A stretch of 64,000 bases of DNA from Deltaproteobacteria bacterium (GTDB lineage: Bacteria > Desulfobacterota > Desulfobulbia > Desulfobulbales > SURF-16): the NCBI GenBank assembly GCA_024277655.1, contig JAJRUT010000056.1, positions 3,683 to 67,682 on the forward strand. The letters are read 5' to 3'. Both the position numbers and the translations under genes were made by a program. Under the pieces are notes generated by a model. That model worked only from the letters and a program-made list of their open reading frames with translations, had not been told where the DNA came from and did not search any database. Positions within the stretch are counted from its first letter, which is position 1; every line of letters begins with the position of its first letter. Positions 36,933 to 45,604 of this stretch are shown one piece after another.

Positions 36933-37466
36933 ATGGAACTTAAGGTTGAAGGTTTAAATCTGAAGATCAGAAACTCATGGAATGAAAAAATTGCTGAGGA
37001 GCGTGAACGACTCGATCGTCACCATCCCGGCCTGATTCAAAATCTGCGAATTACAGTGGAGGCCACCAAGCATCATAAGGGTGGCGGTCATGAGGTGAGA
37101 CTTATTGCCGGGGTGCCCAATGATACAGTGGTGGTGAAACGCAAGGGTGAGTCGGTTCGACCCATGCTTGTGGATGCCTTTGACACCCTCGGACTTCAAC
37201 TAAAAGAACTACAGCGTAAGCGACAGCGCAGTCAAAAGAGTCATGACGTTGGTGCGACTGCGGCCGGATGTGCCGGGGTGATAAAGACTCTCTCGCCCTT
37301 TGAGTCCTACGGCTTTATTTTTGATGATACCGGTCGGGATATTTATTTTCATGAGAATGCCTTGAAAAATTTGGCCATGGATGAGCTTAAGGAAGGTGAC
37401 AGTGTTGTCTTTGGCGAAACCACAGGCGATAAAGGGCCTCAGGCAAGTTGGGTCAGGGCCGTGTAG
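36933..37466 (+). CDS. HPF/RaiA-type ribosome-associated domain fused to a cold-shock domain
   Basis: The N-terminal 100 aa match the HPF layout ('NLRITVEATKHH...VRLIAGVPNDTVVVKRKGESVRPMLVDAFDTLGLQLKELQRKRQ'). The C-terminal 'GVIKTLSPFESYGFIFDDTGRDIYFHENAL...LKEGDSVVFGETTGDKGPQASWV' matches the CSD pattern. Confidence 0.7.
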   Translation: MELKVEGLNLKIRNSWNEKIAEERERLDRHHPGLIQNLRITVEATKHHKGGGHEVRLIAGVPNDTVVVKRKGESVRPMLVDAFDTLGLQLKELQRKRQRSQKSHDVGATAAGCAGVIKTLSPFESYGFIFDDTGRDIYFHENALKNLAMDELKEGDSVVFGETTGDKGPQASWVRAV

Positions 37467-37582
37467 TTTTTTGTAAGAAAGTAGTGGCAGGATGTGCAGA
37501 AGAGAAGTTTATTGCCAGGCTTTCTGGTCTTAAGCTGCTCAATCTTAAGCGTCCTGTAAAAAAAGAGTAGAAATCTCCATGG

Positions 37583-37623
37583 GGCTTGTTTAGAATCGCT
37601 TTTTTCTAAACAAGCCTTTTTTT
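37583..37623 (+). terminator. rho-independent terminator
   Basis: 13-bp stem ggcttgtttagaa/ttctaaacaagcc followed by T7. Confidence 0.8.
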
Positions 37624-37682
37624 ATACCTGGACGCTAATATGGTTTAGCGTCCAGGTTGAACCCTATTTAAAGAATACGACC

Positions 37683-38777
37683 ATGCAAAAACAGCCGCCA
37701 ATCCCAGCATCCTACAGCCAGACCGATGAGTCCGTTCTGGTCGAAAAGATTAAAGCCCACAAAAAAGAATTTGGCGATAGACTGTTGCTTCTAGCTCACC
37801 ATTATCAGGGGGATGCGGTGTTTCAATGTGCCGATGTGGTGGGTGATTCATTGCTTCTGGCCCGGGAAGCGGCTGCAAGTGGGGCTGAACTCATCGTTTT
37901 TTGTGGGGTACATTTTATGGCTGAGTCTGCCGATGTCCTCACTTCGGATTCCCAGGCTGTTTTTCTGCCTCATCTTGATGCCGGTTGCCCCATGGCGGAC
38001 ATGGCCAGTGCCAGGGAGGTCAGTGGAGCCTGGGAGGCCATGGGCGAATTTTGTGATATGGACAGGGTTGTGCCGGTGACCTATGTCAACTCTTCGGCGG
38101 CAATCAAGGCTTTTGTTGGTGAGCGAGGTGGGTCGGTATGCACCTCGTCAAATGCCGAACGGGTTCTGGCGTGAGCCCTTGAGAAGGGAGAAAAGATGTT
38201 CTTTTTTCCCGATGAGCATCTGGGGCGGAATTCAGCCCTTGCCCTGGGTATTGACTCTGAGCATATTCTTCTTTGGAAACGGGGAGAGGTTTTGGGCGGC
38301 AATAGTCCAGAGGCGGTAAAACAGGCTAGGGTTATACTGTGGGATGGTTTTTGCGAAGTGCATATGGAGTTTGATCCGATTCAGGTGGAGCTGTTTCGTA
38401 AGGAATACCCGGAGGGTAAGGTTATTATCCACCCCGAGAGCCGCTACAGTGCGGTGCGCAAGGCCGATGCCTATGGTTCCACCGAGGCTATTATAAAGGC
38501 GGTACGGGAGTCTCCGGCTGGAAGTGTTTGGGCGGTGGGCACTGAGGTGAATCTGGTTAAGCGTTTACAGTTTCAACATCCGGATAAGATCATTAAACTC
38601 CTTGCTCCAGCCTCCTGTGAATGTAAATTCTGCAAAACCATGGGGCTTGTTACCCCGGCAACCCTGCTTTGGCTCCTTGATAATCTGGCAGATGGCAAGA
38701 TGGTAAATCAGATTACCGTGAGTGCGGATATTGCCGCGGCCGCTAAGCTGTCCCTGGCGCGGATGCTTGAAATTTAA
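37683..38777 (+). pseudogene. nadA: quinolinate synthase NadA, single reading frame interrupted by an in-frame TGA at 38172-38174
   Basis: The two ORFs (37683-38174 and 38196-38777) are in the same frame. Read-through gives '...CTSSNAERVLA*ALEKGEKMFFFPDEHLGRN...', contiguous NadA sequence. Fe-S Cys motifs 'DAGCPMADM', 'GFCEVH' and 'CECKFCKTM' are intact. Confidence 0.8.
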
Positions 38778-39148
38778 TGTTTTTCCCCAGTAGTGTCCGG
38801 TTAGACTTTACGAGTCGTGGCTTACCTGCAGAGGGGGAATGTTGTTTGTCGTAGCGACATTCAGAAAAAAATCGTAGCATTTCGGAGTCTCACAGGTTCG
38901 CTTACCTCTTAGGAAATCAAGAGCTTTTTGTGCCACCAGTGAAGATAAACAACGTTTTTTACCGGTTTTTTGCTCGTGCATATAACGTAGACTTCGATTT
39001 ACTAACCGGACATCACTGGTTTTTCTTCTGAGAATCGTGTAGGTTTCCTGGCAACTTGATGTTTCTTCTTTGAACCGTAACTTTGGTAGTGGTGGCAAGT
39101 TTCTTTTTGTCGACCTATGGTTCGTGTCTTTTTTTCGTGAGATTAGCT

Positions 39149-40987
39149 ATGTGTGGAATTGTTGGTTACGTTGGTCCCCGTCGGGTTGTCCCCATTGTTC
39201 TTGAAGGGTTGAAGCATCTGGAATACCGGGGGTATGACTCGGCTGGTATTGTCTTTGTTGAAGATGGTGTGCTGCAAAAGCATCGCAGTGAAGGCAAACT
39301 CGCCAATCTGGTTGAAATTATGGATGAGGTGGAGACCCGCTCCCGTATTGGTATGGGACACACCCGCTGGGCTACCCATGGTGCGCCTTCTGAGCGCAAT
39401 GCCCATCCCCATTCTGACTGCACAGGCGAGCTTGTGGTGGTGCATAACGGCATCATTGAAAACTATATTGATCTCCGCACCATGCTCCGGGAAAAGGGTC
39501 ATGTTTTTACCTCTGAAACCGACACCGAGGTATTAGCCCATCTCATTGAAGAGTATCTGGACGGTGACCTGCGTACGGCCGTGACCCGCGCCGTCCAAGA
39601 CGTCGAGGGGGCCTACGCCCTGGGAGTAATGTGGCTGCAGGAGCCTGATAAGATTATTGCTGTGCGTAACCAGTCACCCCTCGTCCTCGGGGTGAAAGAT
39701 GGCGGTGGCTCCTTTATGGCCTCGGATGTTCCGGCCCTTCTACCCTACACCAACAAGGTGATCTATCTTGATGATGGTGATATGGCAGTGCTAAAGGCCG
39801 ACTCCTGTGAGATTTTTTCTTTGGCAGGTGGCGCAGGGCAGGATCGTCCGGTACAGGAGATTTTATGGAATGCCGGTATGGCGCAGAAGTCTGGTTATCG
39901 GCATTTTATGCTCAAGGAGATTTTCGAGCAGCCCCAGGCCATTCTCAACACCTTTCGTGGTCGTCTGGAGGTGTCCACTGGCGAGGTTAATCTGCCTGAG
40001 ATCGGCCTTAGCGATGAGGAACTGCAGTCGGTTAGCCGCATCTTTCTGGTGGCCTGCGGAACCTCGTGGCATGCGGCATTAGTGGCAAAATACTGGATTG
40101 AAAAATGGGTTAGGGTACCGGTCGAGGTGGACATTGCCTCTGAATTTCGTTATCGCACCCTGCTCCTTGATGAATCTGTTATGGTGATCCCCATTTCCCA
40201 GTCGGGGGAAACGGCAGATACCCTAGCTGGGCTACGTCTGGCCAAGGATCTTGGGGCCAAGGTGATCTCCATCTGCAATGTTCTTGGCTCCACCATAACC
40301 CGTGAGTCCCATGGCACCATCTACACCCATGCCGGGCCGGAGATTGGTGTGGCCTCCACCAAGGCCTTCACCAGCCAGCTTACAGCCCTGTTCCTGCTTA
40401 CCATGTATATGGGCCAGGTATGCAAGACCATTGAGCCTGAGGTGAGTCAGAAGCTTGCCCATGGTCTGTTTGAGCTTCCGGCGGTGATTGAAGAGGTGTT
40501 GCCCCGTCTCCACACGGAGCTTGAGGTTTTGGCGGAAGAGTTTGTTGATAGCCGTGATTTTCTCTATCTTGGTCGGGGTATTCATTTCCCCATCGCCCTT
40601 GAGGGGGCGCTTAAATTAAAAGAAATCTCCTACATCCATGCCGAAGGCTACGCCGCCGGAGAACTTAAGCATGGCCCCATTGCCCTGATAGACAAGGATA
40701 TGCCGGTTCTGGCCTTGACTCCGCCCGATGAGGTATACAGCAAGGTCGTGTCCAATGTGCAGGAGGTCAAGGCCCGTCATGGTCGTCTTGTCCTGGTGGG
40801 GGACGAAAATAACAAGGATCTGGCCGAGATTGCCGATGACTGCATCTTTATGCCGCCCGTACATCCTGAGATGCAGCCCATTCTCTATACCATTCCCCTG
40901 CAAATCCTCTCCTACCATATTGCCCATCTGCGTGGTTGTGATGTGGATCAGCCCCGGAATCTGGCAAAATCGGTAACGGTGGAGTAA
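39149..40987 (+). CDS. glmS: glutamine--fructose-6-phosphate aminotransferase GlmS
   Basis: 'MCGIVGYVG' Ntn start, two SIS domains, and the C-terminal 'LAKSVTVE'. Confidence 0.95.
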   Translation: MCGIVGYVGPRRVVPIVLEGLKHLEYRGYDSAGIVFVEDGVLQKHRSEGKLANLVEIMDEVETRSRIGMGHTRWATHGAPSERNAHPHSDCTGELVVVHNGIIENYIDLRTMLREKGHVFTSETDTEVLAHLIEEYLDGDLRTAVTRAVQDVEGAYALGVMWLQEPDKIIAVRNQSPLVLGVKDGGGSFMASDVPALLPYTNKVIYLDDGDMAVLKADSCEIFSLAGGAGQDRPVQEILWNAGMAQKSGYRHFMLKEIFEQPQAILNTFRGRLEVSTGEVNLPEIGLSDEELQSVSRIFLVACGTSWHAALVAKYWIEKWVRVPVEVDIASEFRYRTLLLDESVMVIPISQSGETADTLAGLRLAKDLGAKVISICNVLGSTITRESHGTIYTHAGPEIGVASTKAFTSQLTALFLLTMYMGQVCKTIEPEVSQKLAHGLFELPAVIEEVLPRLHTELEVLAEEFVDSRDFLYLGRGIHFPIALEGALKLKEISYIHAEGYAAGELKHGPIALIDKDMPVLALTPPDEVYSKVVSNVQEVKARHGRLVLVGDENNKDLAEIADDCIFMPPVHPEMQPILYTIPLQILSYHIAHLRGCDVDQPRNLAKSVTVE

Positions 40988-41163
40988 AAAAGAGTGTGTC
41001 TCCTTTAGTAACCACGGGGCATAGAAAAATCTTCGTGCCTTTTGTACCCCGCAAGGGGGTATTGAAAAGAACGCCTTCGTGGTTTACACTCTATGTCGTA
41101 ATTTTCATAAGCTCTGTTGCTGCCCCTTGTTTTGTAGATCTTTAGTAGAGGATATTTGCCATC

Positions 41164-43098
41164 ATGACCAAAACCATTCAATTTCTCCCAGATAATGTCA
41201 CCGTTGAGGTTTGCGAAGGTGAGAACCTGCTTGCTGCCGCTGCCAATGCCGGGGTATATGTCCCGGCCTACTGCGGTGGTGACGGCGTGTGTGGTAAGTG
41301 TAAGGTGCGGATCACCGAGGGTGACGCCCCATCTGCCGATAGTCACATGCTTAAAAAAGATGAGCTTGCCGACGGTTGGCGCTTGGCCTGTAAGATTGCT
41401 GTTACCTCTGATATGGTGGTGGAGTTACCTCTGGAAAAGGGGCGGGACGGCAAAATTCATAAGCGTAAACCCAAGACAACCCGTTCCATTTCAGCCAGAT
41501 CACTGGAAGCTATCATTGGTAAGTGGGATGTCGATCCGCCGGTTGAAAAGCGCTTTTTGAAACTGCCGCCGCCAACCATGGATGATAATATTTCCGACCT
41601 TGCCAGACTTTTGCGGGGCATCAAGAAAGGTTGTTTTGATTGTAAAGAGCCAACCTACGATCATCCGGAATTGCTTCAGGAATTGTCGGGTTTGCTCCGG
41701 GAGAATGATTGGGAGATTACGGTTATTCTTCTGCGCGGTAAGCGCCAGCGCGAGCCGGATCGGATTATCGCCATTGAGCCTGGTAACACCACCGACAAAC
41801 TCTATGGCCTGGCGGTTGATATTGGCACCACCACGGTGGGCGGTCTCCTGATGGATCTCAACTCCGGTAAGGTTATGGCTGAGGCCTCGGCCTATAATGC
41901 CCAGATTGCCTACGGTGAGGATGTTATTGCCCGGATGATCTATTCCCAGCGTCCCGGCGGTCTTGCGACCTTGCAGCAAAAGGTGGTGTACACCATCAAT
42001 TCTATTATTGAGCAGGTGTGCAAGGAAATGATTATTTCTCCTTCGGACATCTCTTACATTATGGCGGCTGGTAATACCGTGATGAGTCATTTGCTTCTCG
42101 GTATTGATCCGAAATATGTGCGGGAATCACCCTATGTGCCAACCTGTAGTCAGTTTCCTTTAACCAGGGCGGCTGATCTTGGCGTGTATGCCCATCCTTC
42201 TGTCCGCCTCTTTCTCTATCCGGCTGTGGCCAGCTATGTGGGGGGGGATATTGTTGCCGGTGTCCACGCCTGTCAAATGCACAAGTCGGATCAGGTTACC
42301 CTGTTTATTGATATTGGCACCAATGGCGAGATTGTTGTGGGTAATCAGGACTGGATGATATGTTCCGCCTGTTCGGCAGGGCCTGCCTTTGAGGGTGGCG
42401 GGATCAAATTCGGGATGCGGGCCTCGGCTGGTGCCATCGAAAATTTTCACATCAGTCCCGATACCTATGACCCGATGATTGTCACGGTTGAGCGCACCCA
42501 ACCCAGAGGGATTTGTGGTTCCGGCCTTATTTCCATTGTCGCCGAACTGCTTGAAGCCGGGGTTGTGGATCAGCAGGGTAAGTTTAACCGCCGTATTGAG
42601 CATCCCCGTCTGCGTGAATCCGTTGATGGCTATGAATATGTGTTGGTGTGGGAACGTGACACCCAGGTTGGTCAGGATATTGTTATTACCGAGGTGGATA
42701 TTGATAATCTTATCCGGGCCAAAGGAGCCATGTATGCTGGCTATCAAACCCTGCTTGAATCGGTTGGCCTTACCTTTACTGATCTTGATCGGGTGATTCT
42801 GGCCGGGAACTTTGGTGCCTATATTGACCTTGAACGGGCCATCAGTATTGGCCTCTTGCCCGATGTCGATCGGGATAAGTTTTATTATCTTGGTAATGCC
42901 TCCCTTCTTGGGGCGCAGATCAGTCTCGATGATACCAAGCGTTTCCGCGAGCGGGCTGAGGTGAGCGGGCTTATTACCAATATGGAGCTTGCCGAGAATA
43001 GCGAATTTATGAATTATTACATGGCCTCGCTCTTCTTGCCTCACACCGATATGTCTCTCTTTCCCACCGTACAGGAAAAATTACCCATAGGTGATTGA
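41164..43098 (+). CDS. RACo-like corrinoid reductive activase (2Fe-2S ferredoxin + ASKHA ATPase, DUF4445-type)
   Basis: N-terminal 'CGGDGVCGKCKV' plant-type ferredoxin. ASKHA motifs 'GLAVDIGTTTVGG' and 'IDIGTNGEIV'. 644 aa. Confidence 0.8.
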   Translation: MTKTIQFLPDNVTVEVCEGENLLAAAANAGVYVPAYCGGDGVCGKCKVRITEGDAPSADSHMLKKDELADGWRLACKIAVTSDMVVELPLEKGRDGKIHKRKPKTTRSISARSLEAIIGKWDVDPPVEKRFLKLPPPTMDDNISDLARLLRGIKKGCFDCKEPTYDHPELLQELSGLLRENDWEITVILLRGKRQREPDRIIAIEPGNTTDKLYGLAVDIGTTTVGGLLMDLNSGKVMAEASAYNAQIAYGEDVIARMIYSQRPGGLATLQQKVVYTINSIIEQVCKEMIISPSDISYIMAAGNTVMSHLLLGIDPKYVRESPYVPTCSQFPLTRAADLGVYAHPSVRLFLYPAVASYVGGDIVAGVHACQMHKSDQVTLFIDIGTNGEIVVGNQDWMICSACSAGPAFEGGGIKFGMRASAGAIENFHISPDTYDPMIVTVERTQPRGICGSGLISIVAELLEAGVVDQQGKFNRRIEHPRLRESVDGYEYVLVWERDTQVGQDIVITEVDIDNLIRAKGAMYAGYQTLLESVGLTFTDLDRVILAGNFGAYIDLERAISIGLLPDVDRDKFYYLGNASLLGAQISLDDTKRFRERAEVSGLITNMELAENSEFMNYYMASLFLPHTDMSLFPTVQEKLPIGD

Positions 43099-43724
43099 TG
43101 GATATTCAGCCTGACCTTTCGGTTTATGTGGTGGATGTGGGGGGACGTGGTGATTTGCCGGTTTGTGCCGAGTCTGTTCTCGCCCAGAATGATCCGGTGT
43201 TGCTGGAGGTGTTGCTTCCGAGTGGTCGTGGGCTGGAAGACAGCTTCTGCCACCGGTCTGAAGTACAGTTTGTTAATGCGCCCCACGTCGGGCCTGGGGC
43301 CAATATTTATGAAGTGTGGCAACAGGCACGCGGGCGCTATCTTGCCGTAATATACGCCAATGTTGTGGCTGGGGCCGGATGTTTCCTTGGGATGCTCGAT
43401 TTTTTGGATGAACATCCAGATGTCGGTGCGGCCGCGCCTCGTCTCTTTTCCAGAGATAATGTCTTGCAGGGGAACTGTTTTCGCAGGTCGTTTTTGCCGC
43501 GCAAATCTCCCTTGAAAATGAAGGGTTGGGATGGCTTGTCCTCCATGGAGGTTGATTGGCTGGGGCCAGAACTAGTCTTTGTTAATCGTATAGCCTTTGC
43601 CGAATGTGCGGCCCATGATTTTAGTGGGCCACTCTGGTCAAAGAGGATGTGCAAACAGTTGCGGGGCAATGGGTGGCACCAGTTCTTCGTTCATTACTCC
43701 AGGGGGATAGTCTGCTTGGAGTAA
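43098..43724 (+). CDS. glycosyltransferase family 2-like protein with degenerate catalytic motifs
   Basis: GT-A-like order ('LSVYVVDVGG...CAESVLAQ...LEVLLP...GRYLAVIYANVV...LDEHPDVGAAAPRL'), but no clear DxD. The ATG overlaps the upstream stop (TGATG). Confidence 0.4.
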   Translation: MDIQPDLSVYVVDVGGRGDLPVCAESVLAQNDPVLLEVLLPSGRGLEDSFCHRSEVQFVNAPHVGPGANIYEVWQQARGRYLAVIYANVVAGAGCFLGMLDFLDEHPDVGAAAPRLFSRDNVLQGNCFRRSFLPRKSPLKMKGWDGLSSMEVDWLGPELVFVNRIAFAECAAHDFSGPLWSKRMCKQLRGNGWHQFFVHYSRGIVCLE

Positions 43725-43950
43725 TGATGGATTTATTGGTTTTGCAGGCGTGATGGCAATAGGTATTTTTTCTGATAGCTCAAGCCCCTGAAAACAACGT
43801 AAAATCAATTTATTGTTATTCTTATTGACAATAAAAGCCTAAAACGCTAATTTCCCAGTCGTTTGACTTTATTATGAGACGGATTTATTTCAGGCGTTGC
43901 CTTGTGTGAATGTCTGCCTAAACAGATTAAAATATATCAGGAGAAGTTGG

Positions 43951-44847
43951 ATGGGACAGGTCGTACTTGCAATTGCTGAAAGCATTAATATTATGGGTAA
44001 TAGAAGTGGCGGAGCCATGAAAAAGCGTATTCCTGGGCCTATTCAGGAAATGGCTGGTGAAGAAACTGCTGCCGGTGCTACCTATCTGGATTTGAATATT
44101 GGCCCGGCCCGTAAGGACGGGACAGAGCTTATGCCATGGATTGTTGATGTGATGGAATCCGTGACTGATACGCCTCTCTGTCTTGATACCACCAATACCG
44201 AAGCTATGACTGCCGGGTTTAAGTCTATAAAAAATCCCCACACCGCCATTATGAACTCCATTTCGGCCCAGCCCGAACGGATGGAGAAGCTGATCCCTGT
44301 GGCGGCTGAGGTTGGCTGTAACGTCATTGCTCTCCTCTGGGGGCCTGATGGTATGCCCCGTGATTCCAACGAGCGCGCCTCCATGTCCGTTGAGCTTCTT
44401 ATGGCCTTGAATGATGCCGGTATCCCCAACGAAAAGATTTTGTTTGATCCAATCGGTACCCCCATGACCCTTGGTTCCGATCAGATCATGGCCGGTCTGG
44501 AGTTTATGGAAATGCTGAAAGATATTGCGCCCGGTGCCGGTTCCACCGTTGGCTTGTCCAACGTCTCAAACGGTGTTGCCGAGCATCTTCGCAAGCATCT
44601 TGATCGCACCTACCTCATCATGCTGATGAAAACAGGTTTGACCACAGCCATCGTTAATTCCTACGATAAGGAACTTATGGCAATCTGTAATGGTGAGCGT
44701 CAGGCCGATGTGGATATGGTTTACGGTATGATGGATGGTAATGATCCTGATCCGTCCACCCTGTCCGGTGTGACCCTTGAGCATTATAAGACCTATAAGG
44801 TGTTGTCCGGTCAGATTCTCTTCAGTGAGTCTTGGCTTGAACTGTAA
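43951..44847 (+). CDS. pterin-binding methyltetrahydrofolate:corrinoid methyltransferase (MeTr/AcsE-like)
   Basis: 'AESINIMG', 'YLDLNIGPA' and 'LCLDTTN' motifs of the MeTr/DHPS-like TIM barrel. AGGAGA RBS before ATG 43951. Confidence 0.8.
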   Translation: MGQVVLAIAESINIMGNRSGGAMKKRIPGPIQEMAGEETAAGATYLDLNIGPARKDGTELMPWIVDVMESVTDTPLCLDTTNTEAMTAGFKSIKNPHTAIMNSISAQPERMEKLIPVAAEVGCNVIALLWGPDGMPRDSNERASMSVELLMALNDAGIPNEKILFDPIGTPMTLGSDQIMAGLEFMEMLKDIAPGAGSTVGLSNVSNGVAEHLRKHLDRTYLIMLMKTGLTTAIVNSYDKELMAICNGERQADVDMVYGMMDGNDPDPSTLSGVTLEHYKTYKVLSGQILFSESWLEL

Positions 44848-44871
44848 TTCTTAGGCTCATATTGTTTTTTT

Positions 44872-44902
44872 AAAGGAGCCTTTTTTAAGGGCTCCTTTTT
44901 TT
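44872..44902 (+). terminator. rho-independent terminator
   Basis: Stem aaaggagcc/ggctccttt followed by a T-tract. Confidence 0.7.
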
Positions 44903-44932
44903 ATTGTTATTTGCCCTGTGGAGGATTAAGAG

Positions 44933-45508
44933 ATGAGCGAGATCCCAAGCCATCACATGATCTATGGGTATTGTGACGATTACATCACCGGTGAGAAATT
45001 GGTGGATACTGATGATGAGCGGTGTCGCCAGGAACTGGCGCGGTTTATGGTGGAGGATAGAGGCTGGTTAAAAGGGGATATTGAGATGCGTCTCCGTATT
45101 GAGACCCTTTTTAATCAGCAGTTTGTTGCCTCAAAGATTACCATGGCCTTAAGTCTGCGTGGCAAACGATGCCTGCTTGTTCGCTATGCACCAGGTTCTA
45201 TCGTGACCCGTGAGCGGCCAACGCTGGCGGCGGCACGGGTGTTGGACGCTGATATGCAGGTGCCTTTGGCTGTGGTCACCAATGGTGTTGATGCCGAGTT
45301 GCTTGAGACTGAGAGTGGCAAGGTGCTTGGCACAGGTATGGCGGTGGTTCCACATCGGGCTGAGGTGGAACAGATGGTTCCTAAGCTTTGTTTTGCGCCG
45401 TATGCCACAAAGCGGCGGGAAGCTGAATTACGAATTTTAAATGTCTTTGATCTTGAGGTTTGTTGTGCAGGGCAACCCTGCGCTCTACCGCAAAGCAAAG
45501 AAGGATAA
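44933..45508 (+). CDS. HsdR-N-terminal-domain-like (PD-(D/E)xK-type) small protein
   Basis: 191 aa. The layout resembles stand-alone type I restriction R-subunit N-terminal domain proteins. Weak call, from memory only. Confidence 0.45.
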   Translation: MSEIPSHHMIYGYCDDYITGEKLVDTDDERCRQELARFMVEDRGWLKGDIEMRLRIETLFNQQFVASKITMALSLRGKRCLLVRYAPGSIVTRERPTLAAARVLDADMQVPLAVVTNGVDAELLETESGKVLGTGMAVVPHRAEVEQMVPKLCFAPYATKRREAELRILNVFDLEVCCAGQPCALPQSKEG

Positions 45509-45604
45509 TATTTCTCTGCGTTTGAATGGGCGTAAAATTTTTTATTTGCAGAGTAACGACAAGAGATCATCCAAGATCAATTATTTTTTGAGGAGCATGA
45601 GACA

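Noticed and set aside
38176-38188. SECIS element after the nadA TGA.
   Set aside because: It has only a 5-bp stem with a 3-nt loop starting 2 nt after the TGA, much smaller and closer than known bacterial SECIS hairpins. It is kept only as a caveat in the nadA finding.
38795-39011. 10-bp inverted repeat gtccggttag / ctaaccggac, about 200 bp apart.
   Set aside because: By a rough estimate, more than ten such 10-bp inverted repeats within 300 bp are expected by chance in 64 kb. There is no supporting feature.
38808-39098. 96-aa minus-strand ORF in the nadA-glmS spacer.
   Set aside because: It would need a TTG start (the first ATG is codon 40). It has no RBS and no motif, and it overlaps the probable glmS promoter region. 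It cannot be excluded, but it is unsupported.
42160-43044. 294-aa minus-strand ORF. Similar long antisense ORFs occur at 45581-46429, 49139-49834, 32509-33153, 24430-25056 and 41500-42090.
   Set aside because: Each lies fully antisense to a gene with strong family motifs (RACo, DAHP synthase, hisD and others). Their translations are low-complexity (Gly/Pro/Arg/His-rich) with no motifs. They are frame shadows of the real genes.
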